64,000 nucleotides of DNA, taken from positions 795 to 64,794 of the forward strand of contig JAKPPP010000195.1 of NCBI GenBank assembly GCA_029547265.1. Direction: 5' to 3'. The notes beneath the pieces are model-generated. The model had not been told where the DNA came from. It saw only the letters and a program-made list of their open reading frames with translations, and ran no database searches. Numbering within the stretch: position 1 is the first letter of the stretch; the number at the start of each line of letters is the position of its first letter. Shown here in pieces: positions 41,623 to 50,900 of this stretch. The translations under genes and the position numbers were made by a program. Source of the DNA: Bacteroidota bacterium. Its GTDB lineage: Bacteria > Bacteroidota > Bacteroidia > AKYH767-A > OLB10.

Positions 41623-41662
41623 ATTCTAATTAATTTACTTTCTTCGCAGTCTTAATTAGAAT
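41623..41662. promoter_or_regulatory. Perfect 11-bp inverted repeat (attctaattaa N18 ttaattagaat), candidate operator
   Basis: The arms are at 41623-41633 and 41652-41662. It lies about 30 nt upstream of the porin/imelysin operon ATG, in a divergent control region shared with the MbnP/MbnH-like cluster. Confidence 0.3.
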
Positions 41663-41692
41663 CATTCTAAACAGTATCGCTTTTAAAGTCAA

Positions 41693-42958
41693 ATGAAAAA
41701 AATTACTACGCTAGTACCTTTATTACTAGTCATTTACACTAATATCGCGTTTTCTCAAACCGATTCAGTCACTACCAAATCACAGCGTTGGGATTACAGC
41801 GTTTACGGCAATTTGAACTATTATAAGTTCAATTGGGATACATGGACTGATAAAAGAGCTGCAATCGATGGTGAGCGCTTTATTATTGAAGGCAATTATA
41901 AATGGACTCCTAAAATTAGTTTGAATGCCGAATTAGAAATCGAACATGGCGGTGTAGGGACCGAATTGGAATTCGACAAATTTGAAGAGTTCGGTGAGTT
42001 CGAATACGAAATTTCAAAAGGTGGTGAAATATGGATGGAAGAAATGAATTTAAGTTTCAAGCCTACCAATCGCTTAGAAATTCAAGCCGGAAGAATTAAA
42101 GTTCCTTTTGCATTGCAGTATACCCTCGATGAACCTACCGATTTTTTAACGGCTATGTTACCGGAAACGGAGGCGACCTTACTTCCTACTAACTGGACAG
42201 AATATGGAATCTCAGCTCATTATACTTTAGGCGAATTACACCGATGGAAAATCCATGCCGCTTATATCAATGGTTTAGATGGAACCGCATTTTCGTCTGC
42301 TAATTTTATTAAACGCGGAAACCAACGTAGATTCGAACAGGTGAATGCAGAGAATTGGGCTTTCTCAGGTAGAATCGATTATAACTGGGGATATGATTGC
42401 GTTGCAGGTGTATCATTTTATAGAGGCGACACGCGTGATAATCGCCCAAAACCCGATTTCAAAAAACATGCAGTTGTTCAATTGCTCGACGCACACGTAG
42501 GCTTCAAAGAAAAATCATTGTATGTAAGAGCAGGTGTTGTTTACGGAACAATACAAAACTCTGAAGCTTTATCAGAAGCTAACAGAAATCTCTCGAATAA
42601 TTTAAATGTAAAAAGAACTCCCGTTGGTGCATCTGCTCTCGGTTACTATGGCGAAGTTGGTTATGATTTCTTGAGCTTTATTCCTTATTTCCAAAAGCAA
42701 AATAAAGGAGCGGATTTCGTAGTCTACGGACGATATGACTTTTACGATTCAATGTACAGCACGCAAGGACAGATTTACAATAATCCCCGTTGGGAACGAT
42801 CAGCAATTAGCGGAGGAATAAAATGCAGTGTACATCGCGACATCCAATTAAAACTGCAATACTCTACAAGAGAAGTTGGAGCCGCAGCTGCTGCTACACC
42901 TGATAGCGGAACAACAGAAGAAACAATAGTCGCAGGCTTAGCCTTTATCATCAATTAA
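41693..42958 (+). CDS. Outer-membrane porin-like beta-barrel protein
   Basis: 421 aa with a signal peptide and beta-barrel composition. It is the first gene of the imelysin operon. Confidence 0.5.
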   Translation: MKKITTLVPLLLVIYTNIAFSQTDSVTTKSQRWDYSVYGNLNYYKFNWDTWTDKRAAIDGERFIIEGNYKWTPKISLNAELEIEHGGVGTELEFDKFEEFGEFEYEISKGGEIWMEEMNLSFKPTNRLEIQAGRIKVPFALQYTLDEPTDFLTAMLPETEATLLPTNWTEYGISAHYTLGELHRWKIHAAYINGLDGTAFSSANFIKRGNQRRFEQVNAENWAFSGRIDYNWGYDCVAGVSFYRGDTRDNRPKPDFKKHAVVQLLDAHVGFKEKSLYVRAGVVYGTIQNSEALSEANRNLSNNLNVKRTPVGASALGYYGEVGYDFLSFIPYFQKQNKGADFVVYGRYDFYDSMYSTQGQIYNNPRWERSAISGGIKCSVHRDIQLKLQYSTREVGAAAAATPDSGTTEETIVAGLAFIIN

Positions 42959-42998
42959 AATATTAAAATCCCAATAACCTAAAAAATTACTTTTTATC

Positions 42999-44066
42999 AT
43001 GAAAACATCTATTAAATTTTTATTGTTAGCTTCATTCGTATTCGTTGCTTCTTCCTGCAATAAAGACGATGATAATGCTACATCAACACCAACAGCCGAC
43101 TACCAACCGGAGCTGAAAAATATTTCGCAGCTAGTGATAACGGCGACGTATTTAAATTTAAATAATGAAGCCGGTGATTTAGTTTCTGCTGTAACTAATT
43201 TAAAAAACAATCCGACTACAGTTAATTTAGAAGCAGCTCGTCAAGCTTGGCGCGAAACACGATTACCATGGGAACAAAGTGAAGCCTTTTTATTCGGGCC
43301 CGTAGAGCAACAAGGAATAGATCCTTCCATCGACAGCTGGCCCGTGAATGTTACCGACTTGCAGAATGTTTTAGCAGGTACAGGCAATTTGACAAAAACT
43401 TATATCGATGGACTCGATGGCACGTTGAAAGGATTTCATACAATTGAGTTTTTATTGTGGGGAACCAATAGCAATAAGCTAATTGGTGATTTTACGAATC
43501 GCGAATTTGAATATATAATTGGATGTACCGAAAGTTTACAAGGAGCAACATTACAACTGTACAATGCATGGCAAGCAAACGGACAAAATTTCGAGCAAAT
43601 TTTATATGATGCTAATTCTTCCAACCCTTACTACCCATCACAAAAAGCATCCTTGCAAGAAGTCGTAAATGGTATGATTGCAATTTGCAATGAAGTGGCA
43701 AACGGAAAGTTATTTGAACCATTTTCTCAACAAGATATCACCTTAGAAGAATCACGCTTCAGTGTAAATTCTAAACAAGATTTTGCCGACAATATCAGAA
43801 GTGTAGAAAACCTTTATTTAGGAACTTTTAACAGTGGTGGGAACGGAAAAGGTATCAGCACAATCATCGCATCGAAAAATGCAAATCTTGACGCGCAAGT
43901 GAAAGCAAAAATAACTTCTTCCATTAATGCTATTATGGCAATTCAAGGAACTTTTACAAGCGCAATTACAAGCGATCCGCAAGGAGTTCAAAATGCAATC
44001 GATGAAGTAACCGAATTGCAAACTTTATTACAGCAAAATGTTTTAACAACTGTTATTAATTTATAA
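42999..44066 (+). CDS. Imelysin-family lipoprotein
   Basis: 355 aa with lipobox SSCNKDDD. GFHTIEFLLWG is the imelysin GxHxxE motif. Confidence 0.75.
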   Translation: MKTSIKFLLLASFVFVASSCNKDDDNATSTPTADYQPELKNISQLVITATYLNLNNEAGDLVSAVTNLKNNPTTVNLEAARQAWRETRLPWEQSEAFLFGPVEQQGIDPSIDSWPVNVTDLQNVLAGTGNLTKTYIDGLDGTLKGFHTIEFLLWGTNSNKLIGDFTNREFEYIIGCTESLQGATLQLYNAWQANGQNFEQILYDANSSNPYYPSQKASLQEVVNGMIAICNEVANGKLFEPFSQQDITLEESRFSVNSKQDFADNIRSVENLYLGTFNSGGNGKGISTIIASKNANLDAQVKAKITSSINAIMAIQGTFTSAITSDPQGVQNAIDEVTELQTLLQQNVLTTVINL

Positions 44067-44070
44067 TTTT

Positions 44071-45447
44071 ATGAAAAATTTTATTTATATCATTCTTGCT
44101 TCTGCTTTTTTATCTTCTTGTACAAAAGACGATAACGAAGCTGAATCGAATACATCATCTATTGATATAAACAGTGGCGGAGCAACCACTACATTAAATT
44201 CAACAAGCTTAGCATTTGAAGATCCTTCTGCGAATTTAAATGCTATTGAATCTGATCTACATGTCCGGGGAAACCTAGCCTTTGAAGCCACTTTCATTAC
44301 GGCGCCTGCTACTAATAACCCCGGCTTAGGTCCTTTGTTTAATAATACAGGTTGTGCAGCTTGCCATGTAAAAAATGGAAGAGCTTCCTACCCTACTTCT
44401 TCGAGTGATCTCGGTGGATTACTGATCCGTGTCAGCATGAATGGAACCGATCCACATGGCGGTCCTTTGGCATATCCCGGTTACGGCGGACAATTGCAAA
44501 ACCGAGCAGTCTTTGGCAAAGCGCCGGAGGCTGACGTTACGTTAACAGAAGCACTACAAATAAAGCAATTCCTTGACGGAACTTCTTATGAATTGAGAGA
44601 ACCGATTATCAACTTGAGTAATCATTATACTCCTTTAACATCGGGACCAATGCTTATCTCTCCTCGTATTGCGCCTCCTATAATTGGATTAGGATTATTA
44701 GAAGCAATAAGTGAACAAACTCTTTTAGCAATGGCCGATGAAGCTGATACAAATAGTGATGGTATAAGCGGCAAATTAAATTATGTATGGGATGTGCAAG
44801 CAAATAGTATGAAGCCCGGAAAATTCGGATGGAAAGCAGGACAACCAAACCTTACTCAGCAAGCCGCTGCAGCTTATGTAAACGATATGGGAATTACGAA
44901 TCCTTTATTCACACACGAAAACAGTGTTGGTCAGCCACAGGATGATTTAACAGGCGATGATCCCGAAATCAATGCACAGACTCTTGAAGAAGCTTCGTTC
45001 TATACTAAGTCGGTTGCTGTTCCTGCTCGTAGAAATACAACGAACAGCGTTGTTATGGCAGGAGAAAATATTTTCAGAGCTGCGAAATGTAATGCTTGTC
45101 ATCGCGAAACAATAACTACTTCTACCCTTTCCGGAGTTCCTTCTGTCAGCAATCAAACTATCCATCCATACACTGATCTTTTATTGCATGATATGGGACC
45201 AGGTCTTGCTGATAATCGTCCGGAATTTTTAGCAACAGGAACAGAATGGAGAACTGCACCTTTATGGGGAATCGGTTTAACCAGAGTGGTAAACGGACAT
45301 AGCAATTTCTTGCATGATGGCAGAGCCAGAAATCTGATGGAAGCTATAATGTGGCACGGAGGTGAAGCAACTAATTCAGTGAACTATGTAAAAGCACTTT
45401 CATCGACACAACGTGAATCGCTGATTAAATTTCTTGAATCATTGTAA
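44071..45447 (+). CDS. Di-heme oxidoreductase / putative peroxidase (DUF1111-type)
   Basis: 458 aa lipoprotein with two CxxCH motifs (CAACH, CNACH) and a C-terminal FLHDGRARNL...WHGGEA. It is paired with imelysin as in iron-regulated irpA-type clusters. Confidence 0.8.
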   Translation: MKNFIYIILASAFLSSCTKDDNEAESNTSSIDINSGGATTTLNSTSLAFEDPSANLNAIESDLHVRGNLAFEATFITAPATNNPGLGPLFNNTGCAACHVKNGRASYPTSSSDLGGLLIRVSMNGTDPHGGPLAYPGYGGQLQNRAVFGKAPEADVTLTEALQIKQFLDGTSYELREPIINLSNHYTPLTSGPMLISPRIAPPIIGLGLLEAISEQTLLAMADEADTNSDGISGKLNYVWDVQANSMKPGKFGWKAGQPNLTQQAAAAYVNDMGITNPLFTHENSVGQPQDDLTGDDPEINAQTLEEASFYTKSVAVPARRNTTNSVVMAGENIFRAAKCNACHRETITTSTLSGVPSVSNQTIHPYTDLLLHDMGPGLADNRPEFLATGTEWRTAPLWGIGLTRVVNGHSNFLHDGRARNLMEAIMWHGGEATNSVNYVKALSSTQRESLIKFLESL

Positions 45448-45480
45448 AGTTGTATCTTCATATTCCCAAACCTTAATAAT

Positions 45481-45951
45481 ATGAAGATTGCATTTAAATA
45501 TGGAATCCTGTTTTCATTGATGACGTTAGCTTGGTTAACGCTCGAATATTTAGCAGGCTTCCATTCTACCCTAATTAACTATCATCCGATAGTTACCAAT
45601 TTTATTTTAATTCCTGCAATTTTCCTTTTCAGGAGAGCAATGTTGGAAATCAAAGCATCAAGCAGTGACCCATTACCATTCAGGTATTATTTCATTGAAG
45701 GATTAAAGATTTCTCTGATTATTACAATTTTATCGCCGGTTGAACAATACATTTTCAGTTACTACATTAATCCCAACTTTTTTCATGCTATGATCGAAAA
45801 TGCAGTAGCAGGAAACCATGCATCAAGGGAACAAGCCGAAGCATATTTCAATTTCAATAATTATGTTACCGAATCATTAATCGGTGCTGCTTTCATGGGG
45901 ATTTTATTCTCAGGCATCGGAGCTTGGCGAATGAGCAAAATTAAAGCTTAA
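45481..45951 (+). CDS. Small polytopic membrane protein (DUF4199-like)
   Basis: 156 aa with four TM helices. The size and composition resemble Bacteroidetes DUF4199, without a decisive motif. Confidence 0.35.
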   Translation: MKIAFKYGILFSLMTLAWLTLEYLAGFHSTLINYHPIVTNFILIPAIFLFRRAMLEIKASSSDPLPFRYYFIEGLKISLIITILSPVEQYIFSYYINPNFFHAMIENAVAGNHASREQAEAYFNFNNYVTESLIGAAFMGILFSGIGAWRMSKIKA

Positions 45952-47618
45952 CGTAGCAATAAAAAGCTACCTCGTTTCACTCCTTTCTCTCCGTTTCGGA
46001 AGGTATAACGGCATGTATATCCGTAAACTCCAATCGGAGCATCAGTGCCGTCGAATTTACCATCCCATCCTAAACTGATATTATCAGATTTAAAAATCGG
46101 CTGGCCATATCGATTGAAAATATTCATGGTGAACGATGGTACATCTATACCTTCCGCTTTAAAATAATCGTTAACTCCATCTTCGTCGGGGGTAAATGCT
46201 TTCGGCAACCAAATATCGGTTCCGCATCCAAGTTCAAAATTGATGGTATCTAAATCGGTACATCCTGCCGAATTTGTAACAGTTACTATATACGATGATG
46301 CACTGTCTACATTTATCTCCGCACTTGTTTCTCCCGTATTCCATTGATAGGAATTAAATATTCCGGGCGTTAATTTTATTGATTGACCCGGACAAATAAA
46401 CTGATCATTGCCCAAATCCGGCAGAGGAAAAGCATCAGGTCCATAGATTACTTCGAAAGGAATTGTTGTCTTACAATCGTTGGTTCCACCGAGAACAGTT
46501 AAAGCATAAGTCCCTACAGAAATATTTTTCAGTGTATCAACTTGACTACCTGAAGGCAACCAAATTAATGTAGTACTCGCAGGAGTTAACACTAACGCTG
46601 ATGCATATCCGTCAGAACCATTATTGCAGGTAACATCACCTACTTGCAATTGCACGTCGGGAAATGAAATTGTTTTTGTAACAACTACTGCTCCTATACA
46701 CGGGTGAATGGTAGTTAGCTTAACAGTATAACTCCCGGCTGATGAAAAAACATGGTCGGCCGTTATTCCTGTAACATAATTTCCTGATGATGCAGGATCG
46801 CCAAAATCCCAAGAGTATTGCGAAGGACATCCATCTGATTCCGCCGAAACCGAAAGCGACAAATCACCATTGCAAATCCTTTTTATATCAATTACGGGCT
46901 GGGGCGATTCTCCAATGTACAAACTATCAAAAGCAAAGCCATCATAATCGTTGCAGGCAATGCCGGATCCGAAAGTAAATCGGAATTTAACGGAAGGCTC
47001 TCCTGCTAAATCGGTAATGCAATGTGAAGCAGTAAGCCATTGTCCGCTGCCACTGCCGCCTAAACATGCCCCTTGCGTACTTTTCGTATTGCCCGACCAA
47101 CCGCTTTGAGGGAATGCTAATCCGCCGAGATTACCAATGCTTCCGTTGTTATACCAATTTTTATTTCGGCAGTCTACCGGATCTGTAATACTTCCTACAT
47201 TTTGCCAAGTCACGCCGTTATCAATAGAATATTGAAGATTAGCTCCATCGTATTGCCTTTCGGTATCCCAAAAAATTTTGAATTCGATATATGGATTTGT
47301 TAAATTTGAGAAATCGAAACAAGGACTCGTTAAATACGATTTTTCGCCACCAAAATAATTCGGGAAGGTTAATCCGCCTGTAATCCAGCATTTACTACCG
47401 CTTCCGGCCTGAGTGATATTTGTTTTAAGTGGCTCACCCCAAGCCCAGTCAATATTAAATCCACCGGGCAGCCATCCTCCATTATCAACTTCAAAATCCT
47501 GCAAATACGGAAAAGCATTGATACACTGCGAATTAGCCTCCTCAATTTTACCTAAAAGGAAAAACAGACAAAGGCACAGCGTTTTTGTATTTAACAGATA
47601 ATGAATGCGTTTCAACAT
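45948..47618 (-). CDS. T9SS type B C-terminal domain (gliding-motility-associated CTD) cargo protein with an N-terminal lectin/MAM-like domain
   Basis: The C-terminus FTPDEDGVNDYF...GWDGKFDG...GVYGY...R is the type B CTD signature. The start was trimmed to the MLKRIHYLL signal peptide. Confidence 0.7.
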   Translation of the reverse strand: MLKRIHYLLNTKTLCLCLFFLLGKIEEANSQCINAFPYLQDFEVDNGGWLPGGFNIDWAWGEPLKTNITQAGSGSKCWITGGLTFPNYFGGEKSYLTSPCFDFSNLTNPYIEFKIFWDTERQYDGANLQYSIDNGVTWQNVGSITDPVDCRNKNWYNNGSIGNLGGLAFPQSGWSGNTKSTQGACLGGSGSGQWLTASHCITDLAGEPSVKFRFTFGSGIACNDYDGFAFDSLYIGESPQPVIDIKRICNGDLSLSVSAESDGCPSQYSWDFGDPASSGNYVTGITADHVFSSAGSYTVKLTTIHPCIGAVVVTKTISFPDVQLQVGDVTCNNGSDGYASALVLTPASTTLIWLPSGSQVDTLKNISVGTYALTVLGGTNDCKTTIPFEVIYGPDAFPLPDLGNDQFICPGQSIKLTPGIFNSYQWNTGETSAEINVDSASSYIVTVTNSAGCTDLDTINFELGCGTDIWLPKAFTPDEDGVNDYFKAEGIDVPSFTMNIFNRYGQPIFKSDNISLGWDGKFDGTDAPIGVYGYTCRYTFRNGEKGVKRGSFLLLR

Positions 47619-47758
47619 CGGATATAAAAATACAAATTGAAACCACTCAAAAATTAAATAGTCCTTAAAAATGGCAAGCAAAATCCAAACCATTATTCAT
47701 TTTTAACCGACAAACGATATTCTGCCTATATTTACAACCAAACACAAAATCAGACCGC

Positions 47759-49315
47759 ATGAAAAAATTGTTACTCAACATTTTTGCGACAGGGTTAGCC
47801 TTAGCAAGCATAACCACGGCGCAAGCTCAACGTTATTTAACTCCGGTATTCCCTTCGGCATCAAAAACGGCGAATGTAGTTTACGGAAATAACTATCAAG
47901 TATTAACTGGAACTCCTGTTGCTGTTGACTTGAAAATGGACGTATATCAACCATCAGGAGCATCAGATCCAATTACTGAGCGTCCACTAGTAATTGTTTT
48001 ACATACAGGAAGCTTCCTCCCTCCGGTGGTTAATGGACAACCAACAGGAACAAAAGGGGATTCAACAATTGTACAAGCTTGTACGGACTTTGCTCGCAGA
48101 GGATATGTAGCAGCAGCAGTTGATTATCGATTAGGATGGAATCCGGCTGCAACTGGAGCCGCAGGACAAGATATTCGCACAGGAACATTACTGAATGCTG
48201 TGTATCGTGCTATTCTTGATGCAAAAGCTTGTGTACGTTACTTCAGAAAAGATGTAGCTACAAATGGTAATTCTTTCGGAATCGACACTAACAAAATTAT
48301 TCTTGGTGGATTCGGTACTGGTGGATATATCGCTTTAGCATATGCTACCCTTAACAACCCTGCCGAAATGTCTTTAACTAAATTCTTAGCGAACACTACA
48401 AATGCATCATACGGATTTGTAGCAGGACAAAGTTATGTTAATCAAGCAGTATTAGGCGACTTCGAAGGCTACGGTGGAATTGCCGGATATAACAATCCAA
48501 ACAATAGCGTTGGTTATACTTCAAACGTTCAGTTTGTATTTAACGCAGGTGGTGCTATGGGCGACTCTTCATGGGTTGAGCCGGGAGATGCGCCAATGGT
48601 AAACTTCCACGTTGTTGGCGATCCATTTGCTCCTTACGGAATTGGTCCGGTAGTAGTACCTACAACAGGTGATTTCGTTGTTGAAGTATCAGGCAGCCAA
48701 AGCGTAGCAACTTTAGCTAACGCAGATGGAAATAACAACTGTATGATTAGCGCAGGCTTTACTGATAACCTTACAACTTATGCAATGGCTAATACAGGAA
48801 ACTTAGAAGGATTATATCCTTTCTATACTACACCTGCACAACAAGCAGGTCCTTGGGAATGGTATGACTCTACAGTTACTGTTTTAACAGCACAAGCATT
48901 AGGATATCCTGCATCTGCAGGTACTTCTGCTTACACAAACTCACTTTTAACTAATCCAGATATGTCGAAAGCAAAAGCAGTAGCTTATATCGATACTATC
49001 ATGGGATATTTAAATCCACGTGTGGTTTATTGCTTAGGGTTAACTACAGGATTAAACACAGTAAGCAACCTTACAGCTAACGTAAACATTCAACCAAATC
49101 CTTCAGCAGATCGCACTGTTATCACAGCAGATAAATTAGCAGGTGATATCCGCACAATTCGTGTTTATGATATTATCGGAAATGAAGTTTATTCTCAAGA
49201 AGGAATCAATGCAGATCGTTTTACTTTAGAGCGTAACGGATTACAATCAGGCTTGTACATTGTAAAAATGTCGTTTGATAAAGGTGAAGCTACAGGAAAA
49301 GTAGTTTTCAACTAA
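47759..49315 (+). CDS. Secreted protein with a T9SS type A sorting domain
   Basis: 518 aa with a signal peptide. The C-terminus NIQPNPSADRTVI...GLYIVKMSF...KVVFN is a type A CTD. Confidence 0.7.
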   Translation: MKKLLLNIFATGLALASITTAQAQRYLTPVFPSASKTANVVYGNNYQVLTGTPVAVDLKMDVYQPSGASDPITERPLVIVLHTGSFLPPVVNGQPTGTKGDSTIVQACTDFARRGYVAAAVDYRLGWNPAATGAAGQDIRTGTLLNAVYRAILDAKACVRYFRKDVATNGNSFGIDTNKIILGGFGTGGYIALAYATLNNPAEMSLTKFLANTTNASYGFVAGQSYVNQAVLGDFEGYGGIAGYNNPNNSVGYTSNVQFVFNAGGAMGDSSWVEPGDAPMVNFHVVGDPFAPYGIGPVVVPTTGDFVVEVSGSQSVATLANADGNNNCMISAGFTDNLTTYAMANTGNLEGLYPFYTTPAQQAGPWEWYDSTVTVLTAQALGYPASAGTSAYTNSLLTNPDMSKAKAVAYIDTIMGYLNPRVVYCLGLTTGLNTVSNLTANVNIQPNPSADRTVITADKLAGDIRTIRVYDIIGNEVYSQEGINADRFTLERNGLQSGLYIVKMSFDKGEATGKVVFN

Positions 49316-49334
49316 TAAATCGGTTAATAAATAA

Positions 49335-49376
49335 AAGAAGGCGCTGCAAATTTATTGTAGCGCCTTCTTATTTTTA
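49335..49376 (+). terminator. Rho-independent terminator
   Basis: A long stem of about 14 bp (aagaaggcgctgca / tgtagcgccttctt) followed by a T5 run. Confidence 0.75.
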
Positions 49377-49389
49377 GGATGCCAAACAT

Positions 49390-49983
49390 ATGCCTCTGAT
49401 GAAAAAATTAGTCTTTCTTTTTCTTATGTTTCCCGTTCAGTTATGGGCGCAATCGCAGCAACTGAAATACGACATCCTCATGAAAGATGAGAAAATAGGC
49501 ACCATGAAAGTGCTTAAAATAACTCAGAAAGATCATATCAGTTATACTATTGAAAGTACCATCACCGTTAACAAAATAGTATCGATGCTGGTGGAATATA
49601 AAAGTACTGCCGAGTTCCATCGAGGCAAATTAATTAAATCGTCGAATAAACAGATGATAAATGGTAAAGTTCAAAATGATACACGCACTACATGGGATGG
49701 CAATCAATATGAAGTTTATACATTGACAGGCAGAACGAAACTAAAAGAAAAAAATATCGATTACGATGTTTGCATGTTATACTTCGACGAGCCGGATGCC
49801 AGAAAGAAAATTTATTCTGATTCTTATGGCAAATGGATTAGTATAAAATCTTATGGTAATCATCAATATGATTTACTATTGCCCGATAGTAAGCGAAGCA
49901 GTTATACCTTTAACTATGGCATTTGCAGCCGAGTGGAAACTGAACAAATGTTCTCAAAAATCACTTTATTGTTAACTAAATAA
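49390..49983 (+). CDS. Hypothetical secreted protein
   Basis: 197 aa with a signal peptide and no motif. Confidence 0.35.
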   Translation: MPLMKKLVFLFLMFPVQLWAQSQQLKYDILMKDEKIGTMKVLKITQKDHISYTIESTITVNKIVSMLVEYKSTAEFHRGKLIKSSNKQMINGKVQNDTRTTWDGNQYEVYTLTGRTKLKEKNIDYDVCMLYFDEPDARKKIYSDSYGKWISIKSYGNHQYDLLLPDSKRSSYTFNYGICSRVETEQMFSKITLLLTK

Positions 49984-50021
49984 ATCAGGATTATTCAGCA
50001 GAATTACCGAACTTTGTAGCA

Positions 50022-50750
50022 ATGCGAAAAATATTTAGTGCACTTATTTTAGTTTGTTTAGTTACCACCAATTTATCGGCGCAAGTAAACACTACTCAAT
50101 TCGGATTTAGCTTTAAACCTATTTTCCCCAGCAAATATTTACGTACCGGTCCGAAGGAGTTCAGCGATAAAAATATTCAGTATAAACTTTCACAAAATTC
50201 GGGTTATAGCGCCGGCGTTATGGTGCGCAGAGGTATTACCAAGAAACTTTCGGGCGAAACGGGAATTCTTTATGTAAAAAGGAATTTCGATATGGTTTTA
50301 AGTGATAGCAGTTATTCGGATAATAGCTCTTTTTCTATTATCGGATATGAAGTTCCTTTAAGTGCTCTAGTATTTATTCAACTCGATGAAAAACTTTGGA
50401 TGAACGTTGCCTTAGGTGGAAGTATTGATATTTTCCCTTCCGATATTTTAACGTTCAAAGACGAATTCCTCCACTACTCTTCTCGAAATACTAAAGTAAA
50501 TGCGGGAGTATTGGCCAACATCGGACTCGAATACCGAACAGCTAAAAGTGGTACCATTTATTTCGGCACTAGCTATCATCGTTCTGTAAATTCAATTTAT
50601 AATACATTAATCGAATACTACCCTACTCGTAATTATAACGATCCTTATACTTCATCGGGTAAGACTAAATTACAAGGCGATTATTTCACTTTTGATGTGA
50701 GGTATTATTTCCACGAGGATCCTGAGAAGAAGAAAAACAAGAAAAAGTAA
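50022..50750 (+). CDS. Small outer-membrane beta-barrel protein with a lysine-rich tail
   Basis: 242 aa with a signal peptide and alternating beta-strand pattern. The C-terminus is EKKKNKKK. Confidence 0.4.
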   Translation: MRKIFSALILVCLVTTNLSAQVNTTQFGFSFKPIFPSKYLRTGPKEFSDKNIQYKLSQNSGYSAGVMVRRGITKKLSGETGILYVKRNFDMVLSDSSYSDNSSFSIIGYEVPLSALVFIQLDEKLWMNVALGGSIDIFPSDILTFKDEFLHYSSRNTKVNAGVLANIGLEYRTAKSGTIYFGTSYHRSVNSIYNTLIEYYPTRNYNDPYTSSGKTKLQGDYFTFDVRYYFHEDPEKKKNKKK

Positions 50751-50878
50751 TTTTGGATTTTGGATTTATCTCCAATTAGTTTGTGGTTATAATTTAGAGA
50801 TTAAAGTAGAACACGGATACGCCCCGTTGGGACTAAAAGGATTCTTGCGCTGAAGGTGTCTTGCGTGTGACAGCTTCT

Positions 50879-50898
50879 GTCAGTCAGTCAGTCAGTCA
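50879..50898. repeat. (GTCA)5 tetranucleotide simple-sequence repeat
   Basis: gtcagtcagtcagtcagtca lies immediately 3' of the stop codon (50901-50903) of the minus-strand gene. It is preceded by a 6-bp hairpin tgacag ctt ctgtca at 50868-50882. Confidence 0.9.
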
Positions 50899-50900
50899 TT

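Noticed and set aside
41623-41662. Classical Fur box identity for the 11-bp inverted repeat
   Set aside because: The repeat does not match the GATAATGATAATCATTATC consensus closely. It is kept only as a generic candidate operator.
47759-49315. Alpha/beta-hydrolase esterase call for the type A CTD protein based on LGGFGTGGYIAL
   Set aside because: The G-x-S-x-G nucleophile elbow is not present (there is no Ser), so the enzymatic assignment is unsupported.
50879-50898. (GTCA)5 as an in-frame phase-variation switch of the 314-aa gene
   Set aside because: The tract begins after the stop codon, so copy-number change cannot shift that reading frame.
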